Shown one piece after another: positions 47,564 through 60,104 of a DNA stretch of 64,000 nucleotides; the stretch's first letter is position 1, and each line of letters opens with the position of its first letter. This DNA comes from Yuukianura sp. NJ FZ-2021 (Eukaryota). The DNA is taken from contig CM102284.1 in assembly GCA_046563655.1 (NCBI GenBank), forward strand, positions 4,278,001-4,342,000, written 5' to 3'. A model generated the notes under the pieces. It was not told where the DNA came from and ran no database searches. It was given only the letters and a program-made list of their open reading frames with translations. The position numbers were made by a program, and so were the translations under genes.

Positions 47564-49124
47564 TCATTTCTTGCTATAGTCATAAAATCCAGCACCGCTT
47601 TTAGTTCCTAGCTTTCCTTCCTTGACCAATTTCTTGATCGTTTCGGGAGTTTTGAATCTCGGATCATTCGGAAAACGTTTCTCCCAGCCTGAAATTGGAA
47701 AAATTCGAAACGTTTGTCAACTTCTCAATTGGCGTTGATTCCAGCGAATCGCGAAACAAGCTGAAAGTGCTCACCTCCCAATATGAACACCAAGACATCC
47801 AAGCCAACATAATCTGCCAATTCGAATGGTCCCATAGGGTATCCTTCATACAAAAGTTGCAAGATTAAAATAAGAGTAATAAGACCCGAGACAGTACATC
47901 GGAATGGACTTAGGTTCTGTTCAGGTTTAGCGATGTCTTACCAGCGCCAAGTTTCATTCCAATGTCGACATCTTGATACGTTGCATCTCCTATTGGTTAA
48001 AATACGATTTAGTAAATCTTATTCCGGATGAAGATATCAGATTTACCTCTTTCGACCATATTGATAGCTTCCACCAAGTTTGGAATCAGGAGTCGGTTAA
48101 CGATAAACCCTGAAATTAAAGAACTTGTTTTTAAATTCAGAATCGATGCATTGAAGTCATTGTTCACATCGGAGAATTAGCTTTGCTTTTTCACCTGGTG
48201 TGTCCTTGCAACTGACGGTGGCCTTTCCAATGCTCTTTCCCCACTCCAGCAACTTGTTGAAAGTGTTATCCGAGGTCTCCTTGATTCTGATGACTTCCAG
48301 CAACTTCATCATTGGGACAGGATTAAAAAAGTGGAGTCCTCCAAAACGATCTTTCCTTGTGGAATTAACAGCAATTTCCGTAATTGGGATAGAACTTGTG
48401 TTTGAAGTAAAAATTGTATCTGGTTGAGCAACCTAATGGAAAGAAAGTCAATTTTAAGCTTCATAAGCAAGGTCTGGGCTGATCAATGGAAAATATCTTA
48501 CTTTGTCCAGTCCATCGAATAATTTAATTTTGGTCTCTAGGTTCTCCACAATGGCTTCAATGACAAGCTCAGTATTCTTGACAGAGCCAGTGAGGTCAGT
48601 CGTGAAGTTGATTTTGGAAAATATGGACTTTACGAATGGATCAATCTTGGACGGATCATCCTAAATTAAAACACAAGAACTGTTGTTAATACAACCTTCA
48701 AAAGTGCAAATTGCGGTATGTCATTTTAGGAACAAAGCTAACCGACTTTGAAGTTGACCTTTTACCTTAAATGTCTTTTTTGCTACTCGACCAAGGCTCT
48801 TCTCAATATTGGCTTTGCTTTTGTCTAAGGCAGAATCAGAAATGTCAACTAAATCGACCTTGTTTCCCGCTTGAGCTGACACCTAAAAAATCCGAAAGTA
48901 AAAACGTTTTCATTCATAATTTCACTTCTTTGGATGGAATATGGCTGGCATTTTGATTTTCATTTGTGTTAATTAACCTGAGCAATTCCAGAGCCCATGA
49001 GACCGCTACCGATAATTGTGACTTTGGTGATTGTCATGGAAGGTTTTGTCATAGAAAATTGACGCTGCTGAAGCATAAATGCTTTCCAAGCCGCAGTTGG
49101 CAGTGAAAAAGATCTTGACATCAT
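47564..49124 (-). CDS. HADH: Mitochondrial short/medium-chain 3-hydroxyacyl-CoA dehydrogenase (multi-exon; not captured by the ORF track)
   Basis: Manual translation gives a presequence-like MMSRSFSL..., [63 protein letters not shown] and [21 protein letters not shown]. Confidence 0.95.
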
Positions 49125-49489
49125 TTTTCCTTAGTTTCTTTACCGATCTGCCGAAAAAAAAATCAATCAGTGATAAAAAACTAGTTTGGAAGGAGTAAAA
49201 CTAGTTTGGAATTTTGTTCAGCGTCTCAGGCTGGTTGTAGGAATAAGTGAGAAATCCTGCCAGTAGTTAACTGCAGTTTGTTACCTGTCAAAGCCACAAA
49301 CCACAGAGAGACGGAACGGACTCAAAGAAATGCTGCACTGGAATGGTAATGTAATGGACAACAAAAGTTCCGAATCTGATACCTAAAACGACCAGTAATA
49401 AAAATCGGATGATTGGACTGGACTAGCTGTCGTGGTTTCTCGTCGTCACCTATAGTAAAGTTTAAAGTACATAAGAGAAAAGAGAGCAA

Positions 49490-49789
49490 AGGTCAAGGTC
49501 AAAGTTCAAAGAAGAAAGAACAAAATAAATACAGGGTGATCCAAAAGGATTTGAAATTCCCGCGTTGCATACTAACATCCCATCCACCACCCCCTATGAT
49601 GACCATCTACCTCAACTTCCTATTAAAAAAATCGGGGTCGCTCCCCTCCTGGTATGACTAAACTTCTGCCAACTGATCCCTGCCTGTCACTCATTAAAAT
49701 TCAGCTCTCCTTTTGGTTCACTTTTTAAACTGAGGAACTCCTTTTCTGTTTTGTTTTAACACTGGAAACCGCTAGGAGGTCAAAGTTCA
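49490..49789. promoter_or_regulatory. Nuclear-receptor direct-repeat elements in the divergent HADH/Rab8 promoter region
   Basis: AGGTCAAGGTCAAAGTTCA at 49490-49508 and AGGTCAAAGTTCA at 49777-49789. Confidence 0.55.
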
Positions 49790-50221
49790 TCCACTAATGA
49801 ACTTCTGTTCGTTGAAATTAGCCGTCTTCTTCGGGTTAAGTCGGAAACTCCCTTTCGTAACCACAATAGCGGAAGAAAATTAAATCGACACGGGTCACGT
49901 TTACATCACTTCGTCTTGACCACGCACAACAGCACAAATAACGTAATCTGTCATCTGTCCATCCGCTGATTCATCGCAAGGTTGAAATCCGACTGTCAAG
50001 TCAACAACACTGGACAATTTACGTGATCTGGATCAGGCCGAAGTATTTTAGAAAAAGAATGTTGTGAAAAGTGTTCTGGTCATTTCGTTTTGGTAATTTT
50101 TATAAGTTTTGTTATTAATCGACGGTCAATAATACTCTGTTTCTATTCGTCTGTGACTTGACTGAGGTCAGCTTTTACAAATTTACGAGATCAAGAGAAC
50201 TATCCGTTCAAATTAATCGAG

Positions 50222-51287
50222 ATGGCTAAATCATACGACTATTTGTTCAAATTACTTCTCATCGGAGATTCAGGTAAAGTCCGGGTTCGACGTCTTACAC
50301 AACGTTTCCGTTTCATTTCAGTATTACAATGGTCAAAGTCAACCAACACAAATGTTATAATAAAGATTACAACTAATTTTCGCCTTTGTTTTTATTCTAG
50401 GTGTAGGAAAAACGTGTGTCCTATTCAGATTCTCAGAAGATGCTTTCAATTCTACTTTTATCTCCACAATTGGTATGTCAATTATTTTAGACAAACATAA
50501 TAAGTTAGAGTCTTTGAGATGATTTGCAAATTCAATGGATTTTTGTGTTTTTGTCTAGGGATTGACTTCAAGATTCGAACGATAGAACTGGATGGAAAGA
50601 AAATTAAGCTTCAGATTTGGTAAAGCAGGATAATGAGACAGAATCAGTATTTATAAACTGAAAACTAAAGACTAAATTTTCCGAATTTCAGGGACACCGC
50701 TGGACAGGAGCGCTTCAGAACCATAACTACAGCGTACTACAGAGGAGCAATGGGAATAATGCTTGTTTACGATTTGACAAATGAAAAGTCCTTTGAAAAT
50801 ATCAAGAATTGGATACGCAATATTGAGGAGCACGCAGGTACTGGAACACACACTCAAATGTCCAGTAAAAGCTAAGTATGGTTGTAAATCAAATGTTAAT
50901 TGTGTATTTCTCAGCTCCTGATGTACAGAAAATGATACTTGGGAACAAGTGCGACATGACAGAAAAACGTGTTGTGAGCAGAGAGCGCGGAGAGCAGTTG
51001 GCCTTAGAATATGGGATTAGGTAAATCACCAATAACACAAACTAATAAATCGAAGAAATTATAACTGTTGATTGTTGTTTATGTTTAGGTTTATGGAAAC
51101 CTCTGCAAAAGCTTCGCAAAACGTGGAGGAAGCCTTCTACATCCTCAGCCGTGACATAAAGACTCACATCGATAAAAAGATGGACGCCAAGGGAGCAGGG
51201 GACCCCAGGAACAATGCCCACGTTCTGAGGCAAGACTCTCCCAAAAAGCCGACCTGGTCATGGCTATCCAAGTGCACAATCCTGTGA
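50222..51287 (+). CDS. Rab8: Rab8 small GTPase, six coding exons
   Basis: [66 protein letters not shown] and C-terminal CaaX CTIL. Confidence 0.96.
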
Positions 51288-51708
51288 ATAATAACCAAGA
51301 ATCATCCATCAAATACTGAGAAACTACGTAAATAATCGATTCTTTACTGCTTCCCTATTTATACATCTTGTGAAATGTGAACAGGTCCGTCAAAAATGAG
51401 TTCTGGAAGTAGACAACTAGACTTATTTTTGTTTTCCACATTTCACTTGTCGGAACATTATCATCATTAGATATTATTACTTGGGAATTCATAAATTACG
51501 GAGTAGTGGCTTAATTTTTGCTTGACGCAACTTAATTATACATTACTTTACCGATCCACAATCTGAAAACGTTGGCTATAAATCGTTTATACTTACGTAA
51601 GTGAACATGGCACGTCGTCAACATTTCCTTGTGTACAAGCTCAATTCATTGCAAATGTAACACTCTATGTTTTTTGTATCAAACATACTTTGTCATGTCC
51701 ATAGAAGT

Positions 51709-52558
51709 TCATTGGAAGGTTGAACGCTTGATCTCATCAGTTTGATTCCAAATGTTTTGAAATTCTCTGTTGTACATCGATACAATTTTCGAATTGGTAG
51801 TGAGAATCACATTTTCGTGGTTTCCGTCAACTCCCTAATAAGGAAAAACAACATCGTTCAAATGTTATGTAATTGTGGTCATTCATGTCATCATGTCTAA
51901 GGTACCTGTTTTGTCTGATTAAGGGACCCAGTCATCACAGCTTCGTCGTCAAAAATGACAAACTTATTGTGCATAAGTGAACCAGTATTTCGAGCCCTGA
52001 CTTCAATTCCTGCAAAACGGAAGACCAAACGTTAAGTTTCAATTGCTGACTCATTTGCGAGGTAGTGATGACATTGTAACCTAGGGTGTGGTGTGGTACG
52101 TTACCGGCTCGAACGTATGCCTTGGCATTCCAGTTGTTGTGGGCGGTGAGCGTGTCGTAATCAGTGATGACTTGGATGAGCAGTCCCTCTTTCTTTTTCC
52201 TTAGAACGATGTCTCTAATTTCGTACAACGAAGATAGTTGAACACAAATCCTGACGATGACCTTTGCGTTTTCAAAGTAATACAGAAGCTGGTTCTTGGT
52301 TGACCCCTGATACACTGGATCTTGCGGAAAGAATATGACAGTGTTCCAAATCGAATGCGGTTTCCGCTCCTCCAGCAATGGGTCAATCGTCTTTTCGTAT
52401 TTTGATACTCGTAATTCTCTTGATCCGCCTCTGCCAATTCCTGTTACCGCAAAACGCAATTTCCGAAACCAAGCGACGAGAGTCGTTTTGTGGCGCCATC
52501 CCAGTTCGTATGTCAGGAATCCAATGGAAAACAAGATGGCGAACTGTATTTTATCCAT
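51709..52558 (-). CDS. PLD6: Zucchini/PLD6 (mitoPLD)-like single-HKD phospholipase D family nuclease, three exons
   Basis: N-terminal hydrophobic anchor, VIFFP, IQVITD, then spliced GIEVRARNTGSLMHNKFVIFD (HxKxxxxD), MTGSLN, GNHENVIL and YNREFQNIW; stop at 51709-51711. Confidence 0.88.
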
Positions 52559-53538
52559 CTAGTAGCCAGAAAAATCAAAATTAATTCGACTCCAAAATAA
52601 TTTAGCACACGAAATTCAGTTAAATGTTCACTTGCCTTTTAGTTTTTACTGTTGAGAATTAGTTTGTCTGAAGCAAATTGGCCAGAATTCATCCCCCGCA
52701 ACAGCTTCCGGCGTACCGGCCTTATACCCAATAATGCCTCCACAGCGAAGATGGCCCTTTGACTTTTTTTTGTCGAAATCGAATTAGTTTGCTATTCAAT
52801 TACCAATTTAGTAATCGAAAGCTTAAACGAATGACGAAAACGCTTGATTTGACGAACCTGTTTGTTTCCTGTTTGTTTACAGAATTGAGGAGCCACTTTG
52901 GCGGAAAATGGACTCAAGCGTTGTACACGTGAGTGGAGTCTCAGTTTCGTGTTTTTACATTATTGATGAGGTGTCACGGACCAAGTGGAAAACACTTAAA
53001 AGGTGCGATATTCAAAGTGTACAGACAGTTTCAAAAGTTATACACACTGCACCCAGGTCACCCTTTTACATTGCTGGGGGAAACTAATTAGTTTTACAAG
53101 TTTCACAGTAAATTATTTTGCTAAAAAATGAAACTGAGCTTGGAAAATTTAGCTCAAGTTTAATTATAGTGAACCTTTAATTTATAACTATTCTAATACG
53201 TATTATCTACTATATACAACTTATTTATGGCTAAAGCTCTTGAGACGCCCAAGGCAAGCCCGCAGGCTGATCATGGATGTAGGCTGTTGTGTAGAGTATA
53301 CCTTAAAGCAATCGAGATGTCATGGGTAGCCGAGTTAGTTGATCGCATCTGTTTTGGGTAAAAATCGTCAATCCGGCTCTTTGACTGAGGTGTCCGTGTC
53401 AATATTAATTTAATTGTCTATGTGGAAGAAGAGTTAAGAGAACGATTGATTGTGAAGACGATTAAGAATAGTTGTTTCATTGGTTGGGTTTAATTTAGTA
53501 TAATTCGGTAAAGACTCCAGGCAGAGGCCGAGCTCAAG

Positions 53539-54237
53539 ATGCTGGAGTCAATGTTTGATGATCTGAAACGGATGAACAAACGACAGGTGAGTTACTAAGT
53601 ACTTATGCTGAAAATTGGTTTAATTCATTTCATTATGGTCTTGATTAAACGGTTGAATTGTGTGTTATCTTTAGTTCCTGTACCAAGTACTGTCGTTTGG
53701 AATGATCGTGTCTTCGGCCCTGATGATCTGGAAAGGTTTGATGGTGTTTACCGGCTCTGAGTCTCCCATTGTGGTGGTCCTGAGTGGATCTATGGAACCA
53801 GCGTTCTTCCGAGGTGATCTCCTCTTCCTCACTAATTACGAAGAAGATCCTATCCGTGTCGGAGAAATTGTTGTCTTCAAGGTTGAAGGTCGTGACATTC
53901 CAATCGTCCACAGAGTTCTCAAGCTCCATGAAAAGTTAGTGTTTGATTCTCATTTTGATTTCAAGTTTTTAGATTTCATAAAATAACGTTTACGTTATTA
54001 TGTTTTAGGGAAAACGGAACTGCCAAATTCTTGACCAAGGGTGACAACAACAGTGTCGATGACCGCGGTCTCTACGCTCCAGGGCAGCTTTGGTTGGCAA
54101 AGAAAGACGTCGTTGGAAGGGCCCGTGGACTGCTCCCTTACGTTGGAATGGTGACAATCTACATGAACGAATATCCTAAAGTCAAATATGCCTTGCTAGC
54201 AGGGTTAGCGGGCTACGTACTGATACACAGGGAGTGA
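53539..54237 (+). CDS. SEC11: Signal peptidase complex catalytic subunit SEC11 (three exons; possible extra upstream coding exon at 52908-52928)
   Basis: [42 protein letters not shown] and C-terminal HRE. Confidence 0.97.
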
Positions 54238-55199
54238 TCCTATGCTTCCGTACCGGGTGGGGGTAGGATAAGTGACCATGTAAACCAAGGTGTTAATTTT
54301 CAAATTACTTTCTTAGTTTATGTACAATCTTGGATTAATTTTTAACCATCCATTCAGTGGAGAGTGATTCGAGATTTGTTGTCCCCACTTCACCCATTAG
54401 ATTTAAAACTTCTTTATCAGTACGTACTTAAATTAAGAAAGTCCTCTGTCTTAACTCTTTAATTCACAGAATTTCTATTTGCTACGTTTACTTTAAATGA
54501 AAACCCATCAATTCGAGTAAACCGAAGTATTTATTCTATTTTCACTGATTCGAAGCGAAAAAACGGTACCAAATTCTAAGCAATCTTATTATCTAATCTA
54601 AGCATACACTTAACACTAATTCTGTGAGTTGACACTTGATGCAAGATGGACTCACTCAATTTGTACCGTAACGTTTATTATCACTAGATTTTCGTCACCA
54701 TTCAAGCGTTATGATGAGACTTTGTGCTCCTTGAACAAAGATGTTTATGCTTAGCATCATCTCCAGAAATGCACTGGATTTCCCAATGGACGTTTCTCGT
54801 TCAACCTTGAAAACTTCCTACTCTCGCAGCGTCATTGTTTGTTTTTATCGGTTGGATAGAAACATGCCTCAAACAAAGTCCTTTAATTGAAAATACTACG
54901 TTCGTACGCAATTAATCATGATTTGCTAAATGGTTTAGAATACGTCGGCGTTCCTTTTGGTTTTAGCGGCTAAATGGAAGAAGTATAGGTGAGTTTGATT
55001 CGATTTCCTCTGGAAACGGAATTTGGACTTTTGATAACAACGAAGTATCATACTATTCCGTTCCGAATTGAATTCCTAACCTGAGCCAATCAGTAGCTGA
55101 TTCATAAGAGGTGAGATACCGAATGAGCTTGGGATTAGCATTGATGAAAACTAATTCGCACTTCATTTAGTTTTCATAGATTTGCGGACGTGAGTACAA

Positions 55200-57104
55200 A
55201 TGGAATCTGCCGAGAGTTTTACGCAAGCTCTCACTGAACTGGAGGCGTTCGTCCTAGCCAATTTGAAGGAAAATTGTCCCCTGAGATGGAGAATTGAGAC
55301 TTTAAGGGAGCACTGGACAACTTTTTCTGCCTACCATAGAAAGTTAGCTACGCAATTGGAACAACTAAAAACGTCCAGTCCTGTCGTCACAAGTACTAGA
55401 ACTGAAGGTCTCAAACTGATAACCAGACGAGATACAACAGCGGAACGTTCTACTTATCAATCCTACGAAAGCTTATTCAGCCGACGAACACAAAATCAGC
55501 AAATCCAGCAACAACAAGCTGTACGACAGCCACAGCAGCGTGACAGTGAAGAGTCCAGTGGCTATGACGATGATCTGGACAGATCACCTTCACCAGGGCG
55601 CATGACCACGTTGGACTTGACCCCTATGTCACCAAGTACCCCCTCCGGTGCAGAACTCGGAGTGAAAGCCCTAGTGCGGAAATTGAGTATCATTTCGATG
55701 CCTTCCAGCAGCATGTCGACAACTTCCAGTAGTCCTACACTGTCCAGTATGTCAGCCAGTCCAACATCAGCATCTTTCAGTTCCGATACGTCTAAAACAA
55801 TTCGCCAAAAAGGAAATGAGAACAAGTATGCATTTTTTCAAGAAATTTTTCATTCGCCGATTTTGGACCATGTGACTTGTTTTATCCTGAGTTTCATTCA
55901 GGTCGAAACGAAAGTACTGTTTGACAGCTTGGAACGCTGTCCGAACTTAACTCATATTGAGCTCATGCGTGTCATTTTCATTGGTCCTCTGAATCGACGA
56001 ATCACAATTCCCAATCTCAAGACGTTCGTTGTTCATCAAATTACGTCAGAAAGACGTCTCTGCGAATCCAGGAATTTGACGCCCGACGAATTTGCAAATC
56101 TTTTGTTCTTTGCTCCGTTGGACGAAGATGACCTGATTCCAGCAAATATCACCAAAGTTGAGGTCTATATTGATGGTTGGACAATGTATAAGTTGAATTG
56201 GGATTCTGGTGAATTTGTGTCTCGATTGTCCTTTGCCAGTTATCTTCTGACGCAGTTGCAAGGAAAGCTGCCTATCCGACGACTGGCTCTTCAAGGCTGC
56301 AAATTCAAACTAAATGCTGACGAAACCGGATTTGAAAAGTTGACCTACCTCAACCTCCAGTCTATTCTGACTTCCAGTCAAGATTTGACACAATTGCTGA
56401 CTCAGTGTCCAGACCTCCAAGAACTGCGATTCAAAAACTACATGGATGGCGGACGATTGCACTTGAAGGACATCCCAAGTCGCAAAATGAAGTTTCTTTG
56501 CCTCGGTCTTTGTACATTTACCGTCAGCATCAAGTACTCTCCTGGAGTGCAATTCCAGCATCTAGACACTCTCGTTTTTCCTATAAATATTATGGATGAC
56601 GAAACACTGAAAAATCTTCCACTCATTTTCCGGACGAAAAAAGCCATTGTGTATCTCTGTTCTCATGGATCACGCTGCAAGACTGGATACTTTGTGCTCG
56701 ACAAATTACTGCAAATTGAGTCTATTGAATCAATTTGGTTGTCAAATTTTAGGTAAAAAGGAGAAATATTTTCTGATTTTTCACGAAATCGTTTCAAAGT
56801 TTCATCATCGTTGTTTTTTTTCAGACGCAGTCTCTTGGGTGAAGACTTACAATGTCCGGAACAACTCGGTCTGCGGGATACATACGAAGAGTTTTTAGTT
56901 GGTGCTGGCCTGCCACACACTGCTACCACAAGTGTCATGCTGGAGAGAAAAGAAGTTCCAGCGTTTGGTGCTCCATACAACGTTCCAAAAACGTTCAAAT
57001 GGATTGGTCGTCAAATTACCACGCAGGAGCACCAGGTTCTGGAATTCCAGAACCGAGATGGATACAAATTTTCTACTTGGGAAGCATACATGAAAAGATA
57101 CTGA
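55200..57104 (+). CDS. Uncharacterised protein with helical N-terminus, Q- and S/T-rich linker and RNI/F-box-type LRR-like repeats. Exons 55200-56752, 56825-57104
   Basis: 518-aa ORF spliced in phase to a 3' exon; repeated LxxCPxLxxLxL-type units (LERCPNLTHIEL, LTQCPDLQELRF, FEKLTYLNL, FQHLDTLVF). Confidence 0.75.
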
Positions 57105-58208
57105 AAGAAACAGTATTGAAATACTAGCGTTTAATTCGTTGCGAAGCGACGCAGGGTTCGTTCTGCAAATGGCATCGAAAAATACCTGGAATTCGTTGAA
57201 GAATTATTAGATTCGGACCGGGTAGAACTAAAACAAACTGGTTTCAAATCTGTTGTAGTTAAAAATTACGAATTTAAAATACAATAAGTTATCTTTTGAG
57301 AAATGTCAACGCCAACGCTCTGCCGTATTGAAAATTAAGTGCACGCGTACGATAGCGATAGTGTGACAAAAATTTAGTTTCACACAACGGTTTAGTTTCA
57401 ACTAAAACGGGAAAATAACAAACTTCATCTGGTTGTACTAAATTCTATCTTTATGTTACCTATTCATACTAACTTTAAATATTTTAACACTTGAAATTGT
57501 CGAACAAAAGCATTAAATGATTCAATGCTCCACATGCTTTTTTGACTAAAGTGTCGCCCATTGTCCAGTATTAAAATTGTAGTCAACTTTTTTCGTCTTT
57601 TTTGTTAAAAATTCCCCAAGTTTTTGAACTTTTGATTCAGAATTACTACGACGCTTTAGTTTCATCATGGGAAGATGAGCACGAAAATCGGGGTTTTTTA
57701 AAAAGAAATCTCCTAGAACGGAAGTCCGTCTAACCACCGCGACGGGTTCATTCATTCATTTGTCAAATTCATACAAAATACTTGGAATGTGAGACAATCG
57801 GAGATTCTTTTTGGAAGTACTTGGGAGAATTTCCTATTGAAAATTTGAAAAATTACACCTTGAATTTGGCAAGAAATGAATAATCTCAGTTTATACAAAT
57901 GTGTCATTTTAAAGTTTAACTTTAACCACCACAGTCACACAAAAGTCAACCGCAAATTACTCTTGTGCTCACAAAAGTCAAACAAATCAAGGATTTTACT
58001 TTGTTTGAGCATGGGAATCGGAACGACACAAAAATTGCAAAACCATGCAAAAAATTCTTCGTTTTCAAAAGGCCTTTTCAATTTTAATTTTTTCAATTTA
58101 TTTCCTGCCAGAAATGTTTCAAATGACAAGCAATGTTAAAAACCTTCGCAGAATATTGTTTTTGGTCAAACTTTTTCAAAATTCTGGTAGCCATTTCGTA
58201 GCGATTTT

Positions 58209-59247
58209 TTATTTGAAGCGATAGCGGCTGACAAAGTCAAAATCCTCAGCAGCAGAAGCGTTTGCTGCAGCTTCTCCCGGGCATTTCGTACACAGTCCTC
58301 TTTCTGAGCAGCAGCGATATGGATTTCTTGTCAGTTGAGTCTGCGCAAACCGTAATGTAAAAGTGATGTTTTATATTTAATTAAATTCAATGTTAAATTA
58401 TTCATTTATCTATGACCTCTGGACAGTCAGGACTCCATGTCAGCGTTTGTTTTGTCGAGGTCAGGCGTGTGAATGGGTAGTGACATCCGCATCGATAGTC
58501 CTCTCGTACCACATTCAAAACTAAAATATAAAAACCAAATTCAAAATTTTGGTTTCAAAATTTGAAAATTGAAAACTCACCAGCGATATATGCTCCCTTC
58601 TTCTTCTTCAAATGTGTAAAACACTTTTCATTTTTGAGGTAACAGCGCTTATTGTAGATTCCAATTCCAAAGCAAGTTTGAGTATGAAGGCAGAGACGCA
58701 TACAGTCGATTCCCCTGATGGCTGCCCCCGCTGGTAGTGGGTTTGTCCAGGATTCAGCACTGTTTGACAGGTCAAAGGTCAAATGACGAAGATGGAAAAT
58801 TTATGTTAATTAGATTAGAAGAATATCGAAACCGATTTTTCTCACCTGTACTCTGGCCCTTCACAAGCCAAATTTGTTGCAGCGTGACCAATGTACGTGT
58901 GTGTACGAACTGTTGATACAAAATTCCAGAAAAATTAGGAAATTTTGAAATTCTTATTAAAGATTTTGGTTTTGAAAATTCATTTCATGCTTACAAGTAC
59001 AAACATTGGCACCGCGACTCTTGTTACAATAAAGGTTAAGCTCGGATTCACTGTGACAGTCCGTGTCTTCTTTACAAGGACGTCCGTACTTTGTTTTGAT
59101 ACACTGGACATAATAAATTCGACAGTTTTTTCTTAACTTTGAATCATTTGAATGCAGATTCAGTATTACCTCCTTAGACATCGTCAATTGCACAAAAACC
59201 GCCGTGAGGACGAGCAGACTTGCAATTGCTGCTTTTGAGTAGTGCAT
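58209..59247 (-). CDS. Small secreted cysteine-rich protein with a PAN/apple-like module and a hevein (CBM18)-like C-terminal module, about six exons
   Basis: Signal peptide MHYSKAAIASLLVLTAVFVQLTMS; in-phase exons encode CMRLCLHTQTC...CYLK and VREDYRCGCHYP...CP...YRCCSERGLC; stop at 58209-58211. Confidence 0.72.
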
Positions 59248-60104
59248 CTTTGTTGACCTGAAATTCAACGTTCTCCGAAGTATTCAATCGATTTGCCAGA
59301 GATGATTGCTGGTAACGTGGCTCCAGAAATCAGCGCTTGATGTTCATTAGCCAGAAGAAGGAAGGAGCTCAGCGCAGGAACAGCATACAATTGCGAAAAA
59401 AAAAATTATTGTTTACTATTCAGCAAACCTCTTAAGCGAGGCATTCCCATTGTGCTCCTGGCAATTGCAATTTTTGTCTTGGTTTGGTTTCTGTACTTTT
59501 GTGAAAAAAAATATTGTTTCTTTATAAATATGTTGAATATATTATTCACATTAAAATATTGTATAGAACTTAAGAATATTATAATTCAGTATAAATGTAA
59601 TATTTATTGTTAATTTTATATTATTGTTTAATACAAATTGTTTACAAACCTCGCATTTAATTCCAAAGATGACGTACGTAGTACGCACACTTTCTATTTG
59701 CGAATTAAACTGGTTTGTTATTAGAGAGATGACGTGAATTGAGTCAAATGTTTGGCAACATGAGAGAGACACACGTCAAAGATGGTTTTAGGATTTTTCC
59801 AATGGGTGCCAGTGTTCCAATATGAACACAATAAAAGGCTACGTGCTGGTGTTAACGAAATACAACGATCTTAAAATTCCCCATGATGACGTGAGATTGT
59901 ACATCTACAGAAGAACATTCCATGAAAAATACAATATAAGTGGCTGTAATCAATCAGACATTGAACGCAAAAGGTCGACAGCGTCAGTTTCAAATAAAAA
60001 CCAATTTTCAAATTTTGTGGAAATCTAAAAAAAAAACTTTCATCCTCGCTTAACATTTCGAGCTTCCAAGCAAAAGTTAGTTTTAAAAAAAAACGCTTCA
60101 TAAA

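Noticed and set aside
49530..49665. TACAGGGTG Tc1/mariner-type MITE end
   Set aside because: No matching CACCCTGTA end nearby; at most a fragment.
20635..52931. CACGTG E-boxes as Myc autoregulation (e.g. CCACGTGG at 44617)
   Set aside because: About six seen, roughly the chance expectation for 64 kb.
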